Below, piece by piece: positions 8,257 through 16,341 of a stretch of DNA of 32,000 bases. The stretch's first letter is position 1; each line of letters begins with the position of its first letter. The notes beneath the pieces are model-generated. The model ran no database searches. It saw only the letters and a list, made by a program, of their open reading frames with translations, and was not told the DNA's origin. Both the position numbers and the translations under genes were made by a program. The stretch is from Vibrio alginolyticus NBRC 15630 = ATCC 17749 (GTDB taxonomy: Bacteria > Pseudomonadota > Gammaproteobacteria > Enterobacterales > Vibrionaceae), in NCBI RefSeq assembly GCF_000354175.2, contig NC_022359.1, positions 1,680,001 through 1,712,000 of the forward strand. Direction: 5' to 3'.

Positions 8257-9832
8257 GCATTTTTCCCAAAGGATTAACTTTGCTGACAAGTGTTACCTGA
8301 CTTTCTCAACGATCATCTCGACGCTGTTTGGTTTAGTACTGCCCTTTTCGATTCTGATTATCTTTGACCGAGTTTTACCTAACCAAGCCAAAGACACGCT
8401 GTTTCTTCTGTTTGCCATTATCTTGATCACCATCTTCCTCGACTATCACTTAAAGAATCAGGAAGAGAAGATTTCGTCGGTGATCATGAAGCAGTTCGAA
8501 ACCAACCTAACCAACAAGGTGTTTCAATCCATCTGTTTGGCTGAGATATCGAAGTTTCGTCGCCTAGAACCCGGTGAATACCTAGAACGTATTGCCACCA
8601 TTCCAGAGATTAAATCCTTCTTTGGCGGAGAATCTGTTCGGGCATTGATCAACCTTGCCATCAGCATACTGACCATTCTGATTATCGGTCTGATCAACAT
8701 TTGGGCGGGAGTGACCATCTTGCTCGCCTCCATAGTTTTAGCGGTGTTCGCACTCAGTCTTTCCAAGCAAAAAATCAACAGCCTAGAAAACAAATCCGAC
8801 ATCGAAGGCTTAACCACTTCGAAAATCATCGAGATCATCTCTAGCCCACTCGATATCAAAGCACGCAATATGGAATATCGCGTCGAGAGCTTGATGACAC
8901 AAATGGTGGAAGAACGTGAAGTCGAGAACATCAAATACGAGCAAATCGAATCAAACTTCAACCTTATCTTGTCGCTCATACAACAGCTCTCCATCGCTTG
9001 TGTGGTGGTGGTTTTAGCAACGGCAGTTATCAACATGCAATCTAGCCAAGGCATCATGGCAGCCATCATCATGCTTACCAACCGCTACTTCGCCCCATAC
9101 CAGCAAGTGATGCGCACGGTGAGTCGCTGGGAGTTGAACAAGCTTCATATTCAACGAATCGCCGAGTTGCTTGAGCTTGCTGCGTCTGTAGAACAACAAA
9201 ATGACACGACAGAAGTCGAGCGCATCTCGGTGAAGTATTCGGAAAAACAACGCATCGAGTTCGAACGCGGTCAGGCTTACTTGCTAACGGGGAAAAGCGG
9301 CGCAGGCAAAACCCATCTTGCCAATTGCATTACACGGCAAAACACCGACAGCAAGCTCGATATCCAAATCAACGAGACACCGCTCGATGACGTCAATTAC
9401 AACGTCTGGCGTAATAGCGTGCTGATGGTCGACAAAACCAGCTCGTTCGTCGAAGGCACCATCATCGACAACTTGACTTGTTTCCGCCCAAGCTTAAATA
9501 ACACGGCATTTGCGCTTTGCGAAACCATGAACATCAAAGCACAAATCGATGCCCTTCCCGCTGGTTTTTACACCGAGCTTAAAGGGCATTTACGCAACCC
9601 ATTCTCGCGCCAAGTCGCTTATGCCTTGTTGTTGGTGCGTGCCTTACTCGCAAACAAACGTGTGTTGATCTTCGACGACATCGACTGTGTTTATGATGAC
9701 GACTTTGCTCGATTGGTTTTGACCAGTACTGCTTATCGCGCCAACGACAAAATACTCATCATCGTCAGCAATAAGATGGACAAACTCAATCATCGCCTCA
9801 AACGCGTCAAACTTACCGGAGGTGACCAATGA
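8246..9832 (+). CDS. T1SS ABC half-transporter A (528 aa). It has no N-terminal accessory domain, and its nucleotide-binding domain carries degenerate catalytic motifs.
   Basis: The RBS is AAAGGAGG. The TMD has ...LPFSILIIFDRVLP.... Walker A GKSGAGKT (9290-9313) is present. The Walker B region reads VLIFDDID (9662-9685), with Asp where the catalytic Glu normally follows. The signature position reads NPFSRQ instead of LSGGQ (from 9596). The H-loop position reads IIVSNK, with no His. Confidence 0.8.
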   Translation: MQTEHFSQRINFADKCYLTFSTIISTLFGLVLPFSILIIFDRVLPNQAKDTLFLLFAIILITIFLDYHLKNQEEKISSVIMKQFETNLTNKVFQSICLAEISKFRRLEPGEYLERIATIPEIKSFFGGESVRALINLAISILTILIIGLINIWAGVTILLASIVLAVFALSLSKQKINSLENKSDIEGLTTSKIIEIISSPLDIKARNMEYRVESLMTQMVEEREVENIKYEQIESNFNLILSLIQQLSIACVVVVLATAVINMQSSQGIMAAIIMLTNRYFAPYQQVMRTVSRWELNKLHIQRIAELLELAASVEQQNDTTEVERISVKYSEKQRIEFERGQAYLLTGKSGAGKTHLANCITRQNTDSKLDIQINETPLDDVNYNVWRNSVLMVDKTSSFVEGTIIDNLTCFRPSLNNTAFALCETMNIKAQIDALPAGFYTELKGHLRNPFSRQVAYALLLVRALLANKRVLIFDDIDCVYDDDFARLVLTSTAYRANDKILIIVSNKMDKLNHRLKRVKLTGGDQ

Positions 9833-11967
9833 GTATTTTGGTTGATTTTAATAATGTCCCTCAGCGCTTGTTGGACTTTGAGGCTCGCAGTTATGACGAG
9901 CGATACAATGAGTCACCTTTGATTCGTGGTTTAGCTTACACCCTCATAGCGCTTGAATGGGAAGGCACACCTTCTATCCTCAGCGACGCTTTTATCCCTA
10001 AACCAAAAGACAGCGACAGTTTTATCGCTACGATTGAACGCCTTGGTTACCGTTGTGACGTCACCAAACTAAAAACGTTGGAGCACATCGAGGGGCACCC
10101 TCATCCTTGTTTTATCGAGATAGAAAACCTCACTGCGATTTTCTTGGGCACCAAAGACGGCAAGCTGATCCTGTTTGATTACACCAATAACAACACCATT
10201 GAATACCCGCTCTGCAAAAAGCCATGCTTGTTGGTCTCTATCAGCGAATACTCGCGCTTGTTCCGAGAGCCACCACCTGAATCTCAAGACCGCAGTAACT
10301 GGATTAAATACGCGTTTTATCGCTACAACAATGAACTCAAGAGCCTGATTATCCTCAGCTTCGTGGTCAGTATTCTCGGCGCACTCCAGCCCTTTTTTAT
10401 TATGAGTGTGTACAACTTCGCCTTAACCTCTAGCTCGCAAGCCACGCTTTATTGGCTCACGTTATTTGCTGTGATTGTTGGGTTCTCGGAATACTTTTTC
10501 AAGAAAATGCGGGTCAACATCATCGCCACATCAGGGAAGGATTTGGCGGTGCATATTTCTCAAAACGTAATATCCAAACTGTTGTGGCTTCCTTATTCGA
10601 TGACATCTACCGCTGGTGTCTCTTCTCAGTTAGCACGTTTGAAAGACATCGACACTTTCCGCCGTTTGGTAACCGCAGAGTCAACATTAAGCTACTTCGA
10701 CATGCCGTTTGTTATCGTATTCATTATTGCCATTGCTCTTATGTCTGGTACCGCAGCGCTAGTCGTTATGGCGGGGTTGATTCTAATGTTGGTGTTCTGT
10801 GTTTATTCTCGTTACATCTACTCGCAAGCCACGTCCAAGAGCTCTCGCGCCAACGCCATGGTTTCTTACCAATGGAATGAGATTCTTCGTGGTATAAAAA
10901 CCATCCAAGGCTTGCCATTGTTGCGTGTTATCCAGTCCCGCTTTAGCGCATCGCATTTACAAAGCACCAACGATGCAGAACATGTTTCAGTGACTAATAG
11001 CAGGGTTCAGGCAGCAGGCGGAAGTTTGATTCAGGTTATTGGTACCGCAAGTATCGTGACTGCGGTTATCGGCGTAATGGATGGCACATCTGATGCCGGT
11101 GCCATGCTTGCAACCGTAATTCTAGTCTGGAAGGCGTTAGGTCCGATAATGGGTATCTACAACTCCATTTCCAAATTCCAATCCATTAAGGCGTCCTCTG
11201 CGCAAATCAACAACCTTATGGCGATGAATGATGACAAGCTAACGTTGGAGAAAAGCCCCCCTATTCGCCTCTTCCAAGGCAGCATTGTCGGCAGCGGTGT
11301 AAGCCATCGCTACACTGGCGCAGCAACGGGCTTAACCAATCTCGGATTTAAAATTGCCCCAGGGGCGAAGGTGGTGATTTGTGGACCGACTGGTTGCGGC
11401 AAAACCACGCTAATTTCCATCCTTGCGGGTTTAGAAGATAGATACCAAGGCGCAGTGTCGGTAGACGGTTACAACATCAAACAGTTCAACAGCTATCGCT
11501 ACCGAACCTCGATTAACTACATCCCGTTTAATTTGCATATTTTTGAAGGCTCCTTGGAGACTAACTTCATCTTGCATAATGGATTAATCCCAACAGAAAA
11601 AATGCGTGAAATGGTGAGTTTCTTTGAGCTCGATACATGGTTACCACAAGGCCTGGACACTCAATTGAGCGTTGATATCTGTAAAAGTTTACCAAATGGT
11701 ATTCAACAAAGACTGCGGCTCGCATTAGGGCTAGGCAACTGCGAACAATCTTTGATTATCATTGACGAGCCATTTAATGGTGCAGAGCAAGAAAACTCCC
11801 ACTATTTCAAGCGGTTATTTAGCGACAAACTACTCAATAAGACCGTTATTTTCTCAACGAATGATCCGGGCATGATCTCTACATCCAATATGAGCTTAGT
11901 CTTGGAGCCAGATGGCAACCTGAAATATTTCGGGTTAACCGATAAGTACTTAAAAAGTCTAAGTTAA
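9829..11967 (+). CDS. T1SS ABC half-transporter B (712 aa) with an N-terminal Cys-less C39-like domain.
   Basis: An ATGA overlap joins it to the upstream gene. The ~150-aa N-terminal domain has the C39-like pattern but no catalytic Cys context. Walker A is GPTGCGKT (11383-11406), the signature variant is LPNGIQQ (11689-11709), and Walker B is LIIIDEP (11752-11772). Confidence 0.85.
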   Translation: MSILVDFNNVPQRLLDFEARSYDERYNESPLIRGLAYTLIALEWEGTPSILSDAFIPKPKDSDSFIATIERLGYRCDVTKLKTLEHIEGHPHPCFIEIENLTAIFLGTKDGKLILFDYTNNNTIEYPLCKKPCLLVSISEYSRLFREPPPESQDRSNWIKYAFYRYNNELKSLIILSFVVSILGALQPFFIMSVYNFALTSSSQATLYWLTLFAVIVGFSEYFFKKMRVNIIATSGKDLAVHISQNVISKLLWLPYSMTSTAGVSSQLARLKDIDTFRRLVTAESTLSYFDMPFVIVFIIAIALMSGTAALVVMAGLILMLVFCVYSRYIYSQATSKSSRANAMVSYQWNEILRGIKTIQGLPLLRVIQSRFSASHLQSTNDAEHVSVTNSRVQAAGGSLIQVIGTASIVTAVIGVMDGTSDAGAMLATVILVWKALGPIMGIYNSISKFQSIKASSAQINNLMAMNDDKLTLEKSPPIRLFQGSIVGSGVSHRYTGAATGLTNLGFKIAPGAKVVICGPTGCGKTTLISILAGLEDRYQGAVSVDGYNIKQFNSYRYRTSINYIPFNLHIFEGSLETNFILHNGLIPTEKMREMVSFFELDTWLPQGLDTQLSVDICKSLPNGIQQRLRLALGLGNCEQSLIIIDEPFNGAEQENSHYFKRLFSDKLLNKTVIFSTNDPGMISTSNMSLVLEPDGNLKYFGLTDKYLKSLS

Positions 11968-12072
11968 GTTCGGAATGTGGTGTGGTTCATCATTCATACT
12001 TGAGCACGGTCATTGACAAAAATGTAAACGATGAGACTATTTACTCTGTAAGCGCGTACACTAAGGAATCCG

Positions 12073-12447
12073 ATGTATACATTTGTTGCAGACAAATTGG
12101 ATGTGGTTTATTTATCAACAATACCAGAAAACTACCAGTTACAAGACTTCGATGTGCCTGAAGAAGAACTCGAAATTCGTGAAATTGTAGAGGTATGGTA
12201 TGAGTGTGCGTTTCTTCCTGACTTTAACCTTCAACACATCGACATCGAAAACAAAACCTCATTAGTCGAGACACAAGCGCAAGTCGTAAACAACTACACA
12301 AGTACGCTCGCTTTTTTACTCAAAAGTCGTGCTTATCGCGCAGCACTTAACCGATTATTGAGTGTATGGAGATTGGAGGCAGCAGCTAAAGCACAGCTTG
12401 AGCTGCTGTTACTTACGGAAGAACAGAGTAGCAAGCCAGTAAATTAA
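12073..12447 (+). CDS. Hypothetical protein (124 aa), acidic N-terminal half and helical C-terminal half.
   Basis: The ATG has a good RBS (TAAGGAATCCG-ATG), and a TTGACA hexamer lies ~55 nt upstream. I recognise no family. It is convergent with the sigma-factor gene. Confidence 0.45.
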   Translation: MYTFVADKLDVVYLSTIPENYQLQDFDVPEEELEIREIVEVWYECAFLPDFNLQHIDIENKTSLVETQAQVVNNYTSTLAFLLKSRAYRAALNRLLSVWRLEAAAKAQLELLLLTEEQSSKPVN

Positions 12448-12473
12448 TCGGCTAGGATAAGGGGCTAAAAATC

Positions 12474-13364
12474 TTAAACCCAACCATCGAATCGGAGACG
12501 TTTCTGCACGCGTTCAACCGCCTCTATCTGCATCTGACGAACACGCTCGTTAGACACGTTTAACAACAGGCCTATTTCCGACAAGGTTTTCACTCTCTGG
12601 TCAAATAATCCGAATCGATGGATCAAGACTTTTTGCAACTTAGTTGGCAAGGTTTTAATAATATTTTCAATAGCTTGAGTAAAGCACTGATTTTCACAGT
12701 CTTGTTGTGGATCTGGCGTATACTCACTTTCACACAGTTCAAGAACAAATGGAACGCGATGTAGGTCCGCAGTGGTCGATACATCAATAAAGCCACTAAG
12801 CGCAACAAGTTCATCTATACGCTCTGCTTTCACCCCTGAGCAGCGTGAGAGTTCAGAAATAGACAACTCCTTGCTCTCACTTTTTGACGCATCGAGCTTT
12901 TTTAAAGCCAGGCTATTTATCTCTTTGCACACATGAGCAGGTAAACGTACCGTGCGGCCATTGTTCATTAATGCCGCTTCTATATTCTCGCGAATCCACC
13001 ATACCGCATAAGTAGAAAAACGGTAGCCTGGCTCAGGATCGAACTTATCGACCGCTTTTATCAAACCAATATTACCTTCTTCTATTAAATCGAGCAGAGT
13101 AAAGTTATTGCCTGGCCGTTTGAGGTAGCCTTTTGCGATTTTCACAACAAGTCGAAGATTAGACTCAATCAACATTTCGCGCGCTTCTTCATCACCAGCT
13201 CGATTAAGTTTGGCGTAATGCAACTCCTCTTCACGAGACAACAAATCAATCCCCACAATATCTTTGAGATAGTGAGCATAAGGGTCTTTCCCAACTGACA
13301 ACGATTCTTTCATTGACAGTTCATCCGTGACAGCTCGGAACCTAGCAAAGCATTCGTTGTTCAT
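12474..13364 (-). CDS. RpoS-like sigma-70 family sigma factor, probably a paralog rather than the housekeeping-context rpoS.
   Basis: 296 aa. It carries [58 protein letters not shown] and RTVRLPAHV, with region 4 [26 protein letters not shown]. This is close to E. coli RpoS regions 1.2-4 as I remember them. There is no nlpD neighbour. RpoS-like paralogs have been described in Vibrio (I recall the name rpoX in V. alginolyticus). Confidence 0.8.
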   Translation of the reverse strand: MNNECFARFRAVTDELSMKESLSVGKDPYAHYLKDIVGIDLLSREEELHYAKLNRAGDEEAREMLIESNLRLVVKIAKGYLKRPGNNFTLLDLIEEGNIGLIKAVDKFDPEPGYRFSTYAVWWIRENIEAALMNNGRTVRLPAHVCKEINSLALKKLDASKSESKELSISELSRCSGVKAERIDELVALSGFIDVSTTADLHRVPFVLELCESEYTPDPQQDCENQCFTQAIENIIKTLPTKLQKVLIHRFGLFDQRVKTLSEIGLLLNVSNERVRQMQIEAVERVQKRLRFDGWV

Positions 13365-13697
13365 TCCCCGTCCTTCTCAAGCCAACTTATTTCTTATCTT
13401 CTTTAATTGTTTTTGTACAACACTGTATGCATCATGCTTTATATGCATTACTTTACACTGAGTGTAGACAGGGGTTCTGATCTTTACCAAGAAATCACTT
13501 ATCACTTTAAAACAATTACTGCTTCTATGATAAAAACGTGAGCAGGCGGGGGGTTATATATATGAAAGTGATAGTATTTGTACGCAAATTGGCCTCAAAG
13601 AAAACAACGCAACGTGATCGTCAACGCTTACCACGTTACTCTGACTAAAACTTTGAGGCTTGAGGATGGCTTGAAGCATCAGTTGAATTAGCGAGAT

Positions 13698-15140
13698 CTA
13701 ATTCACTTGACGAAGCGCAGGTTGAAGCTGACAGTCTGTTATAACTTGGAAAACTGCACGATTCTTTCCTTCAGACTTACCTTGATACATCAACTCGTCA
13801 GCATCTTGCAAGCTCACGATGTGGGTAAACTCAGGATAGTAAGCACAGCCCAAACTGATACTCAAATGAATTGCTTGTCCACCCAGTATAACAGGCTGAT
13901 CGTAAACGGCTTTACAAAGCATATTGGCAAAATTGAGCGCTTCTCGCTCTGACAGAGACGACGTAACGAGTGCGAACTCTTCTCCTCCAATTCTCGCCAA
14001 TGTCATTCGGTCATCAGTCATCGACTTAGCGGCTTCTGCGATGGCAACTATTGCTCGGTCTCCAGCAAGGTGGCCATATCGATCATTGATTGATTTAAAA
14101 TCATCAATATCAAACACCATCACCGTTAAGTTTCGCTTCAAATGATTCAGTAGCGCCAATTGCTCAATCAGGTGTCTACGGTTGTATAGCTTTGTGAGAG
14201 AATCCGTCAACGTCATCTCCAGCAATTGCTGATTGGCAATCGTTAATTGCCTTGTCCGAAGAGCAACCATACGTTTGAGGGCAAAAATATGATAAAGCGT
14301 TGCAATCGCCATAATGAAAATAGCAATAGGGAAAAGATAAAGTGGATAAACCGTTTTCACCACACTCCAACGGGTGAGGATCCGCTCACGATCCGTATCG
14401 ATGACTTTTTCAAACGCTCTTGATACCTCTAAAATGGAAGTTGCACTGTGCATTCCTGCTGCAATCCGAAGATCTTTACTATATAAGCTAATTGTCGGGA
14501 CAAACATACCCGCTCCCGGCGTGGTTGCCATATAAAAGTTAGCAACTTGCAGGTCTGCAACAAAGTACAGCACCTTTTTATCGACGGCGGCTTGTATCAT
14601 CGAATCATTGTTAATGTATTCTGCGATAGGTGCATTCGGATAATTCGTCTGAACAAACTCAGACTCGTAACTTCCTTTAACAACGCCAATTGGCATCGTC
14701 ATTTCGCCAGTTAAAACACTCCTGATATCAACCGAAAGTACATCTTTATTTACGTACAATTTGGTTTGGATAGGCATTATGACGGCGCCAAAGTCCATAT
14801 ACTTCGCTCTTTCGGGCGAGTAGACAAGTCCTCCGTGAAAGTCAGCCTTACCCTCTTTTACGGCTTGCAAAGAAGCATCCCAATCCAAAAGGAGAAACTG
14901 AACGTCAATTTGGTTGTTCGCCGCGTACTCTTTCCAAAAGTCGATTAAAATACCTTTAGGTTCACCATCTGGGCTAAGGTAAGAGAACGGCTTCCACGCT
15001 TTGGAGTTAGCAACAATTAAAGAATGAGACTCTGATTTGTGCGCATGCGCCATCGGACAAATGGACAGCCACAGTAGTAATAAAGAAGCACACGCTTTTT
15101 TACATTTGCAACCATAAGTACCATAACTCGTCGATGACAT
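13698..15140 (-). CDS. Diguanylate cyclase: periplasmic solute-binding (SBP type 3-like) sensor domain, TM segment, coiled coil and GGDEF domain.
   Basis: An N-terminal signal/TM is followed by an SBP-like region (KPFSYLSPDGEPKGILIDFWKEYA...DWDASLQAVKEGKADF). The TM segment is VYPLYLFPIAIFIMAIATLYHIFAL. The GGDEF domain has the active-site motif RIGGEEF. No RxxD I-site occurs at the usual -5 position (the sequence there is DDRMTLARIGGEEF). Confidence 0.85.
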   Translation of the reverse strand: MSSTSYGTYGCKCKKACASLLLLWLSICPMAHAHKSESHSLIVANSKAWKPFSYLSPDGEPKGILIDFWKEYAANNQIDVQFLLLDWDASLQAVKEGKADFHGGLVYSPERAKYMDFGAVIMPIQTKLYVNKDVLSVDIRSVLTGEMTMPIGVVKGSYESEFVQTNYPNAPIAEYINNDSMIQAAVDKKVLYFVADLQVANFYMATTPGAGMFVPTISLYSKDLRIAAGMHSATSILEVSRAFEKVIDTDRERILTRWSVVKTVYPLYLFPIAIFIMAIATLYHIFALKRMVALRTRQLTIANQQLLEMTLTDSLTKLYNRRHLIEQLALLNHLKRNLTVMVFDIDDFKSINDRYGHLAGDRAIVAIAEAAKSMTDDRMTLARIGGEEFALVTSSLSEREALNFANMLCKAVYDQPVILGGQAIHLSISLGCAYYPEFTHIVSLQDADELMYQGKSEGKNRAVFQVITDCQLQPALRQVN

Positions 15141-15294
15141 ACCTACTTCTCACCAGTCTTTTTAAACCATAATCTCGGCTGTTTGATTAGACTAAAGATA
15201 TAGTAGAGTTGCATAAGACAGGAAGTGACGCTTATTGATATGAATCTAACTTAGTAAGTTTTAGTACTTAATTGGTACTTTCAACGCCTGGTTC

Positions 15295-15369
15295 GCTGAA
15301 GCAGTTGAAGCAGTTGAAGCAGTTGAAGCAGTTGAAGCAGTTGAAGCAGTTGAAGCAGTTGAAGCAGTA
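15295..15369. repeat. Perfect 9-bp tandem repeat (GCAGTTGAA) x7, plus partial copies at both ends.
   Basis: Copies fall at 15301, 15310, 15319, 15328, 15337, 15346 and 15355. They are flanked by GCTGAA and GCAGTA partial copies. The array is intergenic, between the arfA stop (15390) and the GGDEF gene start (15140). Confidence 0.95.
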
Positions 15370-15389
15370 CATGATAAATTAGGAATAAC

Positions 15390-15677
15390 TTATCTGGTAC
15401 TAAAAAATTGAATATCATCAGTTTTGCAAACACCTAGTACCAATAAAAAAGCCCTATTCAAAATCCACCTTGGGGAGAACTTTGAATAGGGCTCTTTGCC
15501 TCTATGCTTCATTTTACGGCTGAAGCTACCTTTACCTTTTTTCGCTTTAACGACTCGTGTTTGGAACAGCTGACTGGTAACAACCGCTTTTAACGCGTTG
15601 TCTTTGATTTCACCTCTGCCGAAGTCGGTCTCATGTTGTGAGCCACTCGGTTGAGGACTGATTTTACGCTTTGCCAT
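15390..15677 (-). CDS. arfA: Alternative ribosome-rescue factor ArfA (nominal full-length ORF; the functional product is expected to be C-terminally truncated).
   Basis: GEIKDNALKAVVTSQLFQTRVVKAKKGKGSFSRKMKHRGK matches E. coli ArfA ([37 protein letters not shown]) as I remember it. The RBS is strong (AAGGAGG, 5 nt before the ATG). Confidence 0.8.
   Translation of the reverse strand: MAKRKISPQPSGSQHETDFGRGEIKDNALKAVVTSQLFQTRVVKAKKGKGSFSRKMKHRGKEPYSKFSPRWILNRAFLLVLGVCKTDDIQFFSTR
15441..15492 (-). terminator. Intrinsic-terminator-like hairpin inside the arfA ORF.
   Basis: A 12-bp perfect stem pairs GCCCTATTCAAA (15451-15462) with TTTGAATAGGGC (15481-15492). On the minus-strand transcript it is followed by TTTTTT (15445-15450). 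Confidence 0.75.
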
Positions 15678-15861
15678 AAATCCTCCTTAATGGTCGAACC
15701 AGATTGGACAATAATTATATAAATAAGTCAAATTTATAGATTTAGTTGAATTTTATGCTAAAAAACTTCACATCACCGTCATTTATTTGAAATTTAATCA
15801 AAAACATGCTGGTTAAATAGTGACTAAATACAAATATTTGTCCATAAAGCACTAATATATG

Positions 15862-15889
15862 TTGACTCTTCGTGGAATTAACCTAGACT
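15862..15889 (+). promoter_or_regulatory. Candidate sigma-70 promoter for the csp gene (TTGACT-16 nt-TAGACT).
   Basis: The hexamers lie at 15862-15867 and 15884-15889. This would give a leader of ~145 nt, similar in size to known cspA leaders. It rests on the sequence pattern only. Confidence 0.3.
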
Positions 15890-16042
15890 CAAACACGGCT
15901 AGAAAGAAAGTTCTTTGTTTTCACATTTCGTTGGATTACTTGTAACCCGTCGTCCTGTGGTACGCAATAGCAATTTATTTTTCCACGCTATAAGCGCCGT
16001 TGAGGCGAAAGATTACATTATTTAGATATTTAGGAAATAGAC

Positions 16043-16252
16043 ATGTCTAACACAGCTACTGGCACAGTTAAGTGGTTCAACGAAACTAAAGGCTTCGGTT
16101 TCATTCAACAAGAAAACGGTCCTGACGTATTTGCTCACTTCTCTGCAATCACTGGTGACGGCTTCCGTACTCTAGTTGAAGGCCAGAAAGTAGAATTTGT
16201 TATCTCTCAAGGCCAAAAAGGCCCTCAAGCAGAGCAAATCAAAGTACTTTAA
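16043..16252 (+). CDS. CspA-family cold-shock protein (69 aa).
   Basis: [15 protein letters not shown] (RNP1) and DVFAHFS (RNP2) are present. The RBS is AGGAAA. Confidence 0.95.
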   Translation: MSNTATGTVKWFNETKGFGFIQQENGPDVFAHFSAITGDGFRTLVEGQKVEFVISQGQKGPQAEQIKVL

Positions 16253-16272
16253 TTCTTAAAGAATTTGATACG

Positions 16273-16304
16273 ATAGCCAGCTTTTAAAGCTGGCTATTTT
16301 TTTG
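16273..16304 (+). terminator. Rho-independent terminator after csp.
   Basis: ATAGCCAGCTT..AAGCTGGCTAT is followed by TTTTTTT. Confidence 0.85.
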
Positions 16305-16341
16305 CCTAAAACTTATTTTGCCAACAAAACGATATAAATCT

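Noticed and set aside
12014-12042. A TTGACA-based promoter for the 124-aa ORF, considered as a listed feature.
   Set aside because: The -35 hexamer is perfect, but I could not find a convincing -10 at 16-18 nt (GACTAT or ACTATT at best). It is mentioned only as weak support.
13562-13648. A 28-codon mini-ORF (MKVIVFVRKLASKKTTQRDRQRLPRYSD) on the plus strand, between the cyclase and sigma genes.
   Set aside because: It is too short to support from sequence alone. The G-rich upstream stretch is not a convincing RBS, and the ORF overlaps the inverted repeats that more likely act at the RNA level on the other strand.
15295-15369. The 9-bp repeat array considered as a CRISPR array or a coding repeat.
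   Set aside because: There are no spacers because the units are contiguous. The unit is far too short, no cas genes are present, and no ORF in the track covers it.
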